A stretch of DNA of 63,538 nucleotides, filler included, from Craspedostauros australis (lineage: Eukaryota), in the NCBI GenBank assembly GCA_030167865.1. It is 11 parts of 11 records of this genome, joined end to end, with 100 filler letters (N's around TTAATTAATTAA, not from the genome) between each part and the next. Parts side by side here need not be neighbours in the genome. Positions count along the whole stretch, not along the records: positions 22,445 to 39,966 come from JALAGF010001652.1; positions 40,067 to 41,910 come from JALAGF010001654.1; positions 42,011 to 43,404 come from JALAGF010001655.1; positions 43,505 to 52,425 come from JALAGF010001656.1; 7 more parts are not named here. The stretch is one strand, 5' to 3'. Position numbers and translations under genes: made by a program. Every line of letters starts with the position of its first letter. Position 1 is the first letter of the stretch. Under the pieces are notes generated by a model. It searched no databases. It saw only the letters and a list, made by a program, of their open reading frames with translations, and was not told the DNA's origin. Positions 33,107 to 45,761 of the stretch are shown piece after piece.

Positions 33107-36100
33107 TTACAGAACCACTTCGACAGCCTTTTCTGCTAAGCCAGCGATCAGCGGAACCGTGAACCATGTGAAAGCTCCAGCGGCAACCACCGCTGAACCG
33201 ATCTTGGCGTACGCCACAGTCGTAGTTTCTCCTCCGGTCTTCTGGTTGCTGCCAGGCGCTTCCTTGGACAGCTGTTCTGGCTGGGCTGTGGCCTGGCCGA
33301 CTGGCGCAGCCGTGAAGGTCTCCGTTTCAGGGACGGGGATCATGTGACCGACCAGATTCTGTCCTGGCTGTCGGGTTCGGTTGTATCCAGCCTCGCGCAT
33401 TGCCAATTCCGCAAGCGACATGGATTTCAGCTTGAACGGCACGGCGGTGGACTGTGGCAGCGGCCGGTCGTAGTAGCGATCTTCCTTGAGGATCGGGATG
33501 CGCATCGAGAACTTTCCGAACATGTAAGTTTTCATCTCCTTGAGTTTGGCCGCATCCTCACGTCTCTCTCGCGCTTGTGCTGCCACCTTGCTGTTGGCCA
33601 TCTTGCGCTGCAATCTCTCCCTTGCCTTGCGGGCCTTCTTCTCGATCGCGGTCTCCGGTTTCAACTTGCTGACGTAGAACAAGTCGACGAGCTTCATCCA
33701 AGGGCCGAAGAACATCCAGATGACAATTCTGGATATCCACTTCATGAGGAAGAACCATGGGACGAACAGGCAGACGATTGAGAGGATGATGCATGCCGTG
33801 GTGATCCAAAAGGAGAAGTAGCATTCCTCCCAGATCGCGATGTTCTTGGCAAATCGAAGCTTGAGGAGGATCGACCCAAGCACCTGCTGGACAGGAAAGA
33901 GCGCCTTTCGCACTGGATCAATGGACAGGGTGACGCCGGTACCTGTGCTGATGTCCGTGGCGCCGTCACCGACTTCTCCCAACTCCTTCAAACGTTCTTG
34001 CTCGGCCACCTGCGCCTCGTGGTAGGCCTCCTCGGCCGCGGCGTCGGCATCCTTGAGCCTCTTCTGCCAATCCTCTATTTCAGACTTGGCATCGTCGTAG
34101 TGGTGGAAAGGCGCGTACGATAGAGGCTGCTTCCTGGAATTTCCAATGATCAATGCCTCGAGCATCTCTTGGTACGATTTGCACTGCGTCCAGATATTCT
34201 TAGAGTTGCCTCTCCATCCAACGATCGCAAGGAGCGCCCATGCCACCGACGCAAAGAAGAAGGATGGGATGAGCTGCGGCCGCTCGACCAGGTACACGGC
34301 GAACAGGAATGCCACAATTGAATGCACAGGCACCATGAAGGTGTGGGAACCAAGATCGAGCTGGAAGTGCCCCCTCCACAAGAGAACGGTCATGGCCGCA
34401 TCTTGCAGGAAGAATGACATCTGTTGGTACTCCTTGAGCTCTTCGATGTATCTGTATAGGGCATGCGTGGATGTGTCAACAGGCGGCGAAATTTGCGGCG
34501 GAGCAATATGAGTGAGCTTTCGTGAGTGTGTCGGTCGCTCGTTGTCGCTGTCAGTTGACTTGTCATCAGGTGCCCAATGCTGCCTTGTATCGGCAGGCAG
34601 CATGGTCGACTGCCCGCGTACTGATTCAACCCAATCGTTCAAACTTATCAACCGCGTTCATGCGCTGCAACACCCGCAACGGCAGTCACCGCTGTGTTGT
34701 TCTTACTTACGATGTGATGATCTTCATGCTGTACCTGTCCACATCAGTGCCCCCAAGGCAAGTGGCACGAATCACCTTGAAATCCTTTTTCCTCGCTGTG
34801 TTGACGTAGATCGGCGGAGGTGGTTCCAACGCAGCGAGGACGGCCTTGCGTTCCCTGTTCATATCCAATCGAACACGGATGGTGATGGTCCCTTCTGCCT
34901 TTCTACCAGAAACTCGAGCGGTTGGATAGATGTTGTACGTCAGCACGTACTCCGTGTTGCGTCGGAGACTGGCGACGTCGACAGAGACACGGCCAATCAA
35001 GTCATGATCGTCGAGGCCACCATCGAAATCGAACACTCCCAAGAGGAGCTGACTGCTCGGATGGTAGATCTGGAAGATGAAGGCACGGTTGGACCACGGC
35101 AACCAACGCGGCGAGAGGCAGTCGTCGATGACATTCGTGCGCAGATGGCAGTCCTCGAAGACCAACGAGACGAAGGCGTCCGTTTTGTTGCCTGCAAACC
35201 CACCAGCGTCGAGATTTGGCAAGTCATCGCACCCCAGCACTTCCACGTGCAGCTGACCCAAGTCTCCGGTGCCAGCATCAATCCATTGTCTGGATTCCTG
35301 CATTGTGGCATGCTGAATCTCGTCATCTGACATCCACTCAATCGGTTCGATGTTGTGAGGATCCGGCCGAGGGCGCACCTTGTAATTCTTGACTCCGTTC
35401 GAGTCAATCTTTTGGTATCTGGTCACGATCGACTTGATTGTGTTGTTGCTTGCCTTCGGATGTTCCACAGCTCGCACGGCTTTGGAGGAGTCCTGAAGAC
35501 TTGCCATGAAGTTCTTGTCCGTGGATGTCGCTCGACGGATTCGGATGGCGATGTGCCCGGGGACCTTCTCTCCGATGTGTCCCGGCGGGTTTCGGAGCTT
35601 GAATTCCATCCGCTCGCCGTTGGCGCAGTAGATTTTCCGCGGCGTGATGGCAAACACGCCCAAGGTGTCGTTGTTGCCCAGGACGTCATGATCCTTGACG
35701 AGGCAAGACATTCCCTCGCTCAAGAATAATTCCTTCGCCGGGAGGCTCCACAGAAAGAGCGAGTCTGTCTTCACTGTCCACACAGGGTCGAGACTTTGAG
35801 ACGGGAGGCGGACAAGTTCAGAGCAATATTTGACCAGCGTTACAAGATGGACGGCGGGGCATGACGATAGATAGTGAGCAAACGAGACATAATCAGATAT
35901 TGTGAGTCCGTTTGTTCTGTCTGTACGAGTGTGTCCTTTGTCTCGGCTGGGGATTGCCGTGCGGAAACCCGTCTCACACATTTAAGTTGTTCTGTTGGCA
36001 TGTCGGAGCCAACAAGCCACATGCAGAGAGAGCAGAACATGGCGGAATAGAATGACGGAATCATTCAAGTGCATCACTCAATTTCCCAATGTGGCACAAA

Positions 36101-37561
36101 CACAAGCGAGCAGCGCACCAACTTACGTTCCAGAGATGTGCTTCGTCTTGTGCAATTCCTTGCGACCCATCTTACACACGACGTAGGGGTCGCTGGTGGT
36201 GAGATCGCCGATTGGCAAATTCCAGCCAGAGACAACTTCCACCAGCATGTCGACCATCTCGTTCTTTTGTAGTTTGATATCTCCGAGCGAGTCGTGCAGC
36301 CGCCTGTCAGTGCGGTCCTCCTCGAGTCGACGTTGCAGCTCCAATTCATCGACGAAAGCGCGAGCCTCCTTGTAAGAATCGAAGAGCAGCTCTCGCTCCT
36401 GGCGAACTTCCCTGTTCTCGATGAGAACAAAGACGCTCTTCTTTTGTTGATGGGTGATGGTGATGGAAGAGAGGTTGACGCGGTACCTTGCCTTCCAGCC
36501 GATGAATTTCCGGCCCCCGGTGTCTGGCAGGAGTCCATCGGGATCTGTGGCCACCGTTGCGTCTTCGTCTGTGTGGATGACGCTGCTGTCGATACTGGCA
36601 GCACCGCGGATGGATGCCTCATGCAGCTCCTGGCTGATCTTTTCTTTCTTGGCACCCTTGCGGATCTCCTGCCCGGCCTTCTGCGCAGCCTTCTCCACAT
36701 CCTTGGTGGCGGGGACGAGGACTCGAATTACGCATTCTTCGTAAGAGTACTCTTTTTGCGGCGCCTCATCCTTTTCTTCTTCCTTTTTCTTGTCGGTTCC
36801 GTGGTCGTCCTCCTCTTCCTCATCCTCTGGTACAATCCTCGGTGTGATCCTGTGGACTTCCAGAGAGATTTTGCGGCGGCGAGCGAAACGATTGAAGATT
36901 CTGGGAACCACTTTTCCCTGTCATTTACAGCAAGGAAATCGGGGCGCGCGAAGGGTCATTGTGCACGTAGACGTGGATGTGCAATGTTCACGTGCATGAG
37001 GATGCGCATGAGGATGTGGGTGATTGCAATAGTGGCAAAACAAATGGCAGGAATTTCAACAGCAAGAGAGTTAGATGATTGATCTCCAACACTCGGCGAA
37101 GGCAGTCGTCAGGGATGCTCCGTGCACGATGCAGCGCCGACGCCACGGCTACCAAGCAAGCAACAAACCCGTAGCACAGCACACAGACGCGTCGTTTGCA
37201 CCCAGTGCTCATGACCGAGCAACCCGAAGAAATGTTTTTGTCGTACCTTGACGGTGTTGGATGGAGGCAACGTGTAGATGTCCCACACCTTGGACGAAAG
37301 GTGGGTTGTGATCGGTTCCTCGTCGAACCTCTTGCGGAATGCATTCAGCTTGATTGCACCTGTGAGTGCGGTCGCCGCACCTGCCATGGACAACATCGGA
37401 TTGATCCTGCTGGGGGATTTCTGCAATGTCTTCCTGGAAGCCTTCGAGGTCTTCGACGCTTTGGAATTCTTGGAGGCCTTGGAGGACACCGACGAAGCAG
37501 ACGACGGTGCGGATTTCGGTGGTGCCGCCTCCGGCATCGGTTCGCTGCCTTCAGCCTCCAT
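33107..37561 (-). CDS. Multi-C2-domain transmembrane protein (MCTP-like architecture); exons 37561-37169, 36917-36127, 35793-34711, 34451-33107
   Basis: C2 motifs VEVVSGWNLPIGDLTTSDPYVV and VEVLGCDDLPNLD...KTDAFV...DDCLSPRW...GVFDFD...DHDLIGRV, plus C-terminal TM helices. GT-AG introns rejoin frames (HISG/TLDPVW, KIIT/SYIEEL). The first junction (CAVLR/GKVVPR) is less certain. Confidence 0.82.
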
Positions 37562-38670
37562 CTTCGTCGTCGTCTTTGCTCCCGTCCTTGTTTCCGTCTT
37601 TGTTTGCTTGTGTCGATCCAGCAACAACTTGTGTTGGTTTGCTTCGTTGGATTCCTTCGATGGTTTGCTTCGATGGTTTGTGCCTTTCTCTCTCCTCACG
37701 CGCGCTTTCCACTTTCTTCTTGTGTGCAGGTGCCTCCTCCTGTCTGAGTGAAGTCGGAAATGGCGAGGCTCTCGTTTTTGTGACCTGTTTCGTTTCTCCT
37801 CTGCAAGGGAATGGTTTTCGCGTTGCTTTGTGTGGGACATCGCGGTGTCATGTCAGGTCACGAGGTGTGACTTCGCGCTGCCCAACCGTTCCCAAACCAC
37901 GAGAGTTCGGGAGAAACGGCAACGAGAAAAAAGATCTTGGGACTGCTTCGTCCTCATCCGAAACGGCTGCGACATGAAATCGGGAATGCATGTCGCAGAG
38001 ACGCCTTTCACACTTATAATACGACTACGTGGAATCAAACCATGTCAAAGAATCGCCAGAAGAGAATGCGGGATCGAAAAGAGATCGAAATCACGACTAC
38101 ATCAATTTTAATTACATTTTTACTAAGTTCTCCAACGGAGAAATAGTGTCACGAACACGTCACAAACTAGTTCCTCTGTCGTTGATTCTTCCATCGCGAG
38201 GATCCGAAAGAAGCAAATGCCTCCGTGATCAACCTGGAACTTATTTGGGGGCAACTTGTTCATGTTGGGGTGGGTGTCAACAATCATTGGGACAAAGGGT
38301 CAGATCGTTGGAAGAAAGAAAAAGGGTCTGAGATCGTCCCGACTTCTGCCTCCGGCAAAACCGATCAGTGCTTCCATTTGTCGTGTGGGAACCAAAGCCA
38401 CTCACACCAACTCAAACGTTTTCCTCCCTACACATTTGTGCTCCACAGAGGAGAGCAATCACACACAAAGCTGGCACACAGATGCTCGCAGAGCAACAGG
38501 CACCGATACCCCAGACAAACACCGGGCATCACTGCCAAGGACGACACCACTCACACTCATCTTTGCCCACTCAGGATCATAAAACTCGATTCGAGACTTT
38601 GAAACACAGCCAAAGTCACACTCACGACACCCCAACCTCAGTCGACGACAGGAATACTCAGAAGTCCAAG

Positions 38671-39966
38671 ATGACCGAAGTGAACTCAGGAGCAGCCGTA
38701 AGTCTCAATGAGCCGAAGAGATCAAGCATACTATGAATGTGCCTCTGCCTCTGCCTCTGCCGCAGATGAACCTTGCCAATAGATGAGGCAGCTGGCGAAT
38801 GATTTGGTATTCCCATGATGACCTCATCGGTTGGTGCGCGGGTGCTTTCCCATTGGCAGCTTGCGACGACGATACATTTCAATCGATCGTGTTGCTGTCG
38901 TCCTGACTTGCTGTTGGCTATCCTCCCACAGCTGATGAAGAATCGGCATGTATCCACGCCACAGTTGATGCTCTGCCCCTCGCCCAGCCAACAACCTTCA
39001 CTCATCCTTTCATCGCGATTCGCTTTTGCATGCGTTCCCGCATTGGTTCGTCAATCGGCAATCAACAAACTGCCCACGTCATGGCATCGCTTGACACGAT
39101 GCATCACAACGCTGCCGGGTTGTGTTCGCTTCGTCTTCGAAAAATGCCACGGGATGTCCACGACCGCGACGTCGGCACATGCGCAATTGGCGCACGAATC
39201 TTCGTCGACGAAAACGATCTTCCGACTGCAACCCTTTCTCCATTTACCCACCTCATCTTCTGCGTTCCCATCCATCCATCCATGCACACCATCCATGCAC
39301 ACCATCTCCATCAACAGGACGAGTGGAAGAAGTACTCCACCTACGCCATCAACGTCGATCCGGACCAAGATGACAAGGCCTCGGAGATCAAGCTCTGCAG
39401 CTTCGCCCGCCCACACATGCGAGCATTCCACTGCTCGTGGTGGTGCTTCTTCATCGCCTTCTTCATCTGGTTCGCCATCGCCCCACTCCTCAGTGAGATC
39501 CGTGACGACCTCGGCCTGAGCAAGGAGGAAGTGTGGACATCCAGCATCGTCGGTGTCGGAGGAACCATCTTCATGCGCTTCGTCCTCGGACCAGGATGCG
39601 ACAAGTTCGGTGCCCGCATCCTCTTCGCCCTCGTCCTCTGCTTCGCCTCCGTCCCAACAGCCTGCACAGGATTTGTCCAGACCGCCACAGGACTCGCCGT
39701 CCTCCGTCTCTTCATCGGAGTCGCTGGAGGTACCTTCGTCATGTGCCAGTACTGGGCCAGCCGCATGTTCACCAGAGAAGTCGTCGGAACCGCCAACGCC
39801 CTCTGCGGAGGGTGGGGTAACCTCGGAGGAGGTGTCACCCAACTCGTCATGGGATCCGCCCTCTTCCCTCTCTTCAAGGAGATCTTCAACGGAGACTCCG
39901 AGCAGGCCTGGAGAACGGTCTCCGTCGTCCCAGCCATCGTCGCCTTCGCTTCCGGTGCCGCCATCT
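38671..39966 (+). CDS. NRT2: High-affinity nitrate transporter (MFS, NRT2), 3'-truncated by gap; exons 38671-38697 and 39318-39966+
   Basis: Motifs FARPHMRAFHCSW, WFAIAPLL, CDKFGAR, GGTFVMCQYW and the nitrate signature GTANALCGGWGNLGGG. A GTAAGT...CAACAG phase-0 intron (38698-39317) links MTEVNSGAA to DEWKKY. Confidence 0.92.
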
Positions 39967-40243
39967 NNNNNNNNNNNNNNNNNNNNNNNNNNNNNNNNNN
40001 NNNNNNNNNNTTAATTAATTAANNNNNNNNNNNNNNNNNNNNNNNNNNNNNNNNNNNNNNNNNNNNTTTATCTCGGACTAACTATGGGTTCTTCATGAGA
40101 TACTATGATTGAGGTTGGAGTTACGGCCGATACCACGAAGGCATGGTACTTTTCGAAGTGTTGACCCGAAACTTCGAAAAGAAGAGAATGCTCAATTCTG
40201 ACGAATCACAGCATACTATCTACACGAATGTAGTTATACCGTC

Positions 40244-40325
40244 CAAGTGCGTATGAGAGAATAACGGGTGAACGATGCACATTTACATGTACATCTTGAC
40301 ATATGCTCACATGTACATCTCGACA
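40244..40325 (+). repeat. Dispersed repeat copy 1, probable LTR 3' end
   Basis: 82 nt with about 7 mismatches to 52526-52607. Similarity stops right after ...acatctcgaca(g). Confidence 0.65.
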
Positions 40326-41678
40326 GGCCCTTTCGTTGGGTTGCTGTCAGAAAAGGGCCGTAGGGTTTGCGTAGCTCCAGTACCATGGGAGAGTTTCCTT
40401 CATGGAGTTGTAAGCTGGGCGAAGGTCATCTTGCGTGTACTCCCACGTGGAACCGCACCGTCGATCCAGCAGTCTTGTATCGGCATCAAGTTTTCGGTGG
40501 GGAGGGGTTCCGATGATCCAGTTATTGGGACCCTTTTTCCATGGGTCCTGGGTTTCAAAGAGTTGCTTCCAAGACTTGTGCCTGCTCCAAACGTGGTTAT
40601 GTCCGAAACATGGTTCAGGCCGATTCGTGGAAAACGAGTCATGTGTTCCAGGAAATCCTTCCTTAGCCTAACTGCTAGTTTAGCTCTATTGGGATGGAAG
40701 AAGACACTCATAAACACCACATCAATAAGCCCCCGAGGCGTGGTCCAAGCAACAAACCAAACCGAACCATCGCTCGATGCCGTTTTCCCAAGTTCTCTGG
40801 TCTAACTGCATGACACATTCTCATGGAGTAATAATGCCATGTCACACCACAGCGCATCACATCGCACCATCCAGGATCATTCTGCGGTGGACTACAAGGC
40901 ACGAAGACGAATACGAGTACGGATGACAAGCCGGCACAGGAAGTGACGCCGAACGTAGCACAAAACAAAATCACATTCCATGTTGATGTTCAACTCGTTT
41001 TTTGTATCAAAGTCCATGTCGGCCTTTGTGTCAAACGCCATCATCAACTTCAACTTCATCAACCCCTTCATCACCAAGTTCTCTGATGATGCGTGGCGCC
41101 TAACTGACGTATGCGATCTACTACATATTGGGGCAAGATGCTTCAGCTGATGGTGATGTGCGGATTGGACTTCAGCTTCATGTTCCGTTGTGGTGCAGGC
41201 GCTGTAGTCGTGATGGAGTACGCCGAAGCGATGTACGAGTAAAACCCACGTACCAGCAATATCAAGATGGGTTGCGCAAGATGCACGTCGCATCGAGTCG
41301 TACCTACGGATATTCATCTTGCTTTCGTGCCATACTGTACCGAACGAATACTACACGAATAGTGCAATGGTGACAACAAAACGAGCTAGCGTACTATCTA
41401 GGCGCCACTCGCTGCTGCAGAAGTATTGTCGGTTAGATCATTGTTCTGCTCTTCATGTCAGAGGACTCTTTTGAGTTTATCCACTTCGGCCCACTTCCAT
41501 GCAGTGTCATGCCCTGCTGTGATGTGGGTGCGGGGCGACAATGGATGTTTCGGATCTCACGGCGCGGTGCTCGAAGAACCTATCACGAAGCAAGCATGTG
41601 TGTGTATCTGCGTCCTACTGCATGTAACAGCAGGCAGCATGTGCTCGGATGTTATCTGGTCTTGATCAGGGTCTTTGC

Positions 41679-41910
41679 CTACACCACAGACAGCATCCAA
41701 GATGCGATGGCTGCCACCACACACGGTGCGATGATGCTGCTCATGGATGTCATGCGGAACGAGAACGCTGCACCGGAGGTCGGGGAACCGGATGGTGACA
41801 TGGACGGAGCCCCGCTGGGTGACACAGACGGAGCCCCGCTGGGTGAAACGGATGGCGACCCGCTGGGTGACACAGACGGAGATGCGGACGGCATTCCTGT
41901 GGGCGCATCA
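41679..41910 (-). CDS. C-terminal fragment of a Pro/Ser-rich (PSxxPS) surface glycoprotein with GPI-anchor/TM-like tail
   Basis: DAPTGMPSASPSVSPSGSPSVSPSGAPSVSPSGAPSMSPSGSPTSGA followed by hydrophobic IIAPCVVAAIASWMLSVV and a stop. Built from 24-nt repeats; 5' part lost in the gap. Confidence 0.7.
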
Positions 41911-42010
41911 NNNNNNNNNNNNNNNNNNNNNNNNNNNNNNNNNNNNNNNNNNNNTTAATTAATTAANNNNNNNNNNNNNNNNNNNNNNNNNNNNNNNNNN
42001 NNNNNNNNNN

Positions 42011-43404
42011 TGCGCTTGGCTTGAACGTGACGAAGGTACATGATCTCCTCTTTCACCTTTGCCATGGTGAGATCCCAGTCGAACCTTCCAGCCCCCGTCT
42101 TTGCCATCATGATCATTTTCCCGTTGTCTCGGAGACCATAGCAACAGTAGGTCACGCCCTTCACCTTGGTGGAGGTGGCAAGGAAGAGTCTTGTGGGTTC
42201 TGTCACACTGATCATGAGTTGGTTTGGGTTGGTTCGGTATGCTCCATTGATGAATGGCATGTGTGGAGCCCTCTTGTGAGTGCCTTGGATGTCTGCTCCG
42301 GCTTCAACAAGACCCTGTGTGAGTTTGAGAGAGCCATATCCACGATCACAGAGAACTTCTGTGTTCTGCAAACCATTGGTGGTTTCGAATTGGTCCTCAA
42401 TCAGATCCTTTGCAGTGTTTGTCTTGGTTTCCTGGATGACTTGGACTCCACAAGGGACCCCAGACATTGTCATTGCCAAGGTATCGATGGTGAATCTTTG
42501 CATGGAGATTTCACAAGTTCAAGAGATAGGGAAGAAACGAAATTCGACAAGAAAGAGAGGGATGCAGACATGTATGTGGCATGTGTGAGATTCCAAATGA
42601 TTGACAATTGTACAAGCAACACATACATTCACCTGCATGATCCAAAAGCGCAGTATGCACACAGTACAACTCACCCCCATCTGTTGGGCTTCGGATGCTT
42701 GTGCCGGGCAATACCACTTCGCGATATTTTGGTGCTCTCACAGTGCACTTTATCATCGTCGATTGTCACAGTGCGTTGGCCAGCCATGCCTGTCACAACT
42801 AGTTGCTTCAAAGTGTTATTGCACTGAGCCTGGAGATCCTGCCAGAAGTAGTGAGCGTTTGACTCGATCTTGCTGCCGTCTGCATGGATTTTGCACCACC
42901 AATCATTGTACTCGGTCTTGCTCGGGGACCCCACTTTGGTACTCAGCAAGCCCATGGAGTACATGTTTTTCGTGGATGTCTGGAAGGTTGACTGTGTGCT
43001 GAATGCAACCATGAACTGCAGGTACTCCAATGCATCCATCTTCACATCATTCTTTGCAAATGCTTCTCTGTACAGACAAGATGAGGTATCAAAGACGAGA
43101 TCAATGATATCATTTGGTGTTGGGCGTTTGCTGTCAGTGAGCTTTTGCATCGATTTCCGAATGTGCACCATCTCCTTGTTCATGACGAGTTTGCTGTCAG
43201 CACGGGCTTCGCCGACTGTGACATGATGCTTCTCGTCCACCCCTGTCTGCAGCTTCCACTTCAAGCTCATGCTTGCCAGCTTTGCTGCATCGGATTTGGT
43301 GTTGCGGGTGGATGCAGGTGCAGTTGTAGGAGTGGGATTGTCATTGTTGGTGTTCGAGGTGTTGTTTTCCTGTGTAGAAGCTGCATTTTCGTTCTCTTCT
43401 GATA
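42011..43404 (-). mobile_element. piggyBac-like DDD transposase, internal part, with a spliceosomal intron at 42674-42496
   Basis: VTIDDDKV (first Asp region), spliced KPNRWG/FTIDTLA (the piggyBac KP-x-x-x-G motif), LCDRGYGS (second Asp) and IQGTHKR. Both ends are cut by gaps. Confidence 0.7.
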
Positions 43405-44383
43405 NNNNNNNNNNNNNNNNNNNNNNNNNNNNNNNNNNNNNNNNNNNNTTAATTAATTAANNNNNNNNNNNNNNNNNNNNNNNNNNNNNNNNNNNNNNNN
43501 NNNNGCCTGAGCTCTGTCAATACTTCCAAGCGATGACGGCGCGGCCAGCCGCCTCCATCCCTGCAGTCCTCCGCCCGCTCTGGGAACAGCCCCCGCAGCA
43601 AGCACGCACCACGCAGCTCATTCAGTGGGTCCAGGCGATGCGTCAGGGGCTTGGCACCGACGCACCGCCAGCAGACCCAGTGCTGGTGAACTGGATGCGA
43701 AACCACAGCCGCAACAACCGCCCCGGTGACGCTCCCACTGACAACGCACTGCCCGCCGGCCCCACCGGCAACCCGGCACGGCAAGCTCTGATCACGCCAC
43801 ACTAAGACCACCCATACATCCGTTCCCGCTGCGTGCCCACACGTAGAATAAACGAGGCGGAATCAAAGCGCCCCCGGCGCATGACCTAACAGTTATAGTC
43901 CGTGTGATATATATATGATTCAACAGGGACAGGCATCACAGGCCAGACGATCAAGGTGGATGGTGGGTACAGTGTCGTTGCTGGTCCGGCAGTTGATGGT
44001 CCAGCGGTGGATTCTGATTTGTAGAGTGTCGTAGAATGGAATGTTGTAAAATGGAATGGAATAGAATAGAGCAGAGTGGGTTAGAGTAGACAGAGTTGAT
44101 TGTGTGGACTGATACAGTACGAGTCGACGTGTATGTTTGGAGTATTCTTCTGGATTGATTCTTGTGTTCGTAGATATGGAGGTGCATTGGATTGCAGAGT
44201 GCAGTATGGTGTAGTTGAATTCTAAATGAGCGAGTATTGCAACCGGTCCCAGCACTGTCGCCTCGAGTGGATGACTCCTCCGTGATCCAGAACGAAACCG
44301 GACGATCCTGGATTCTATTCCGCTTCTGCTGATTGACAAACACATGAGAATGGACCTGGTCAAGCACAGACGTTGGATGAGGG

Positions 44384-44465
44384 CACAGCACAACACAACA
44401 CAGCACAGCACAACACAACACAGCACAGCACAACACAGGAGAGCACAACACAACACAACACACAC
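44384..44465 (+). repeat. Imperfect pentanucleotide microsatellite (ACAAC/ACAGC)n
   Basis: cacagcacacaacacaacacagcacagcacaacacaacacagcacagcac... Confidence 0.8.
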
Positions 44466-45761
44466 GGCACTTCGCGTGGCATGTTGCAACTGCTCAATCA
44501 CTGTGCGCAACATCCTCGTGCCAACATGTTCATGTGAGTGGAGGTGGCCTGGGTTTGAACCTGGATCTCCACTCAAATGCGGCGATTGATCAATCGTCGC
44601 CGTTTTCTTATTGGCGTCGCACTTGGAGCAACACAGAGTTCGAGGAGGTTGCGCCAAAACCTGACAACTTCGAAGGAGGACACCGAAAACCCGAAAACGC
44701 ATCAGAACGTTTCAGGGCACAACAGGCTTCCGCCATGGCGAAAGAAACAACAACAACAACAACAACGCAATCAAACACAATTGCGGACATCAATCAAACA
44801 GGACCACAAACATCAATCTTCCTCAGAACCAAGGCCATCTTCCTCGTCATCATCTCCATCTGCATCTTCATCTGCATTGTCGCCAGTGACAACGACTGTC
44901 GCAATCAGCAGCGAAAGGATCGCCTGCATCCACAGAGCACCAACTCCTCCAACAAGACGACCATCGTGACAACGGCAAGACAGGACAATCCACTGTCTTG
45001 ATTCCTTTCTTGGTGTGGCAACCACGAAGTCCGCATCTTGGGACGTTTCTGCTGCACTTGAAGCAAGCAAAGCAACGAGCCTCAGTGGTGGCCACAACTC
45101 CGACACCACACAACACAATCAACAAACGCAGCAAACGCAAGGCTCTGGAAAGGACAAAGGTAAGGATGTGGTTGGATGCGAGCCTGGCATCGTATTGCAC
45201 TTCGAACCATTCCAACTTCGTCGAACTGAGAGAATGAATCGATACCCCACCAACGGATATTCACATCCACACTGACACTACCAATGACATTTACACTGAC
45301 AAGGAAGGCACAGTACGGGGTCTTCTTGTTGTGATGGAGATTGTGCTTGTGCTTGTGCTTGTGTCAGGGTTGTTCAATTCGAGAGGATGGAATGTTGGCA
45401 TGGTGTGGTATTGTGTTGTGCTGTATTGTACTGTACTGGAGGCCCATCCATTGTGGGAAGGGGGTTGATCGTGCCATTCCAAATCCAACCAACTGCCATC
45501 CATCTCTCACAATCTGTCTGTCTCTTGCCCTTCTTGTCAACTGGACCTGTTGCTTGTTGTATGCTGTTGTTTGTTGCTGAGCTTCGTCGTCTCTGTCGCG
45601 TTTTCTCCCTTGACCATTCTCGCTGATTCCTCAAGACGTCCAGTGCATATCCCACAGTTCTTTCCAATGTCACAGGAAGCCTGCAACCATCCACCCACAA
45701 CATACAACAGACAACATCCCCAAGATTTGGAATACCACACTCCGCAAGAACAGTCGCAACA

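Noticed and set aside
44531..44600. Calling this a functional tRNA gene
   Set aside because: No D-arm, anticodon arm or matching 5' acceptor strand; kept only as a low-level finding.
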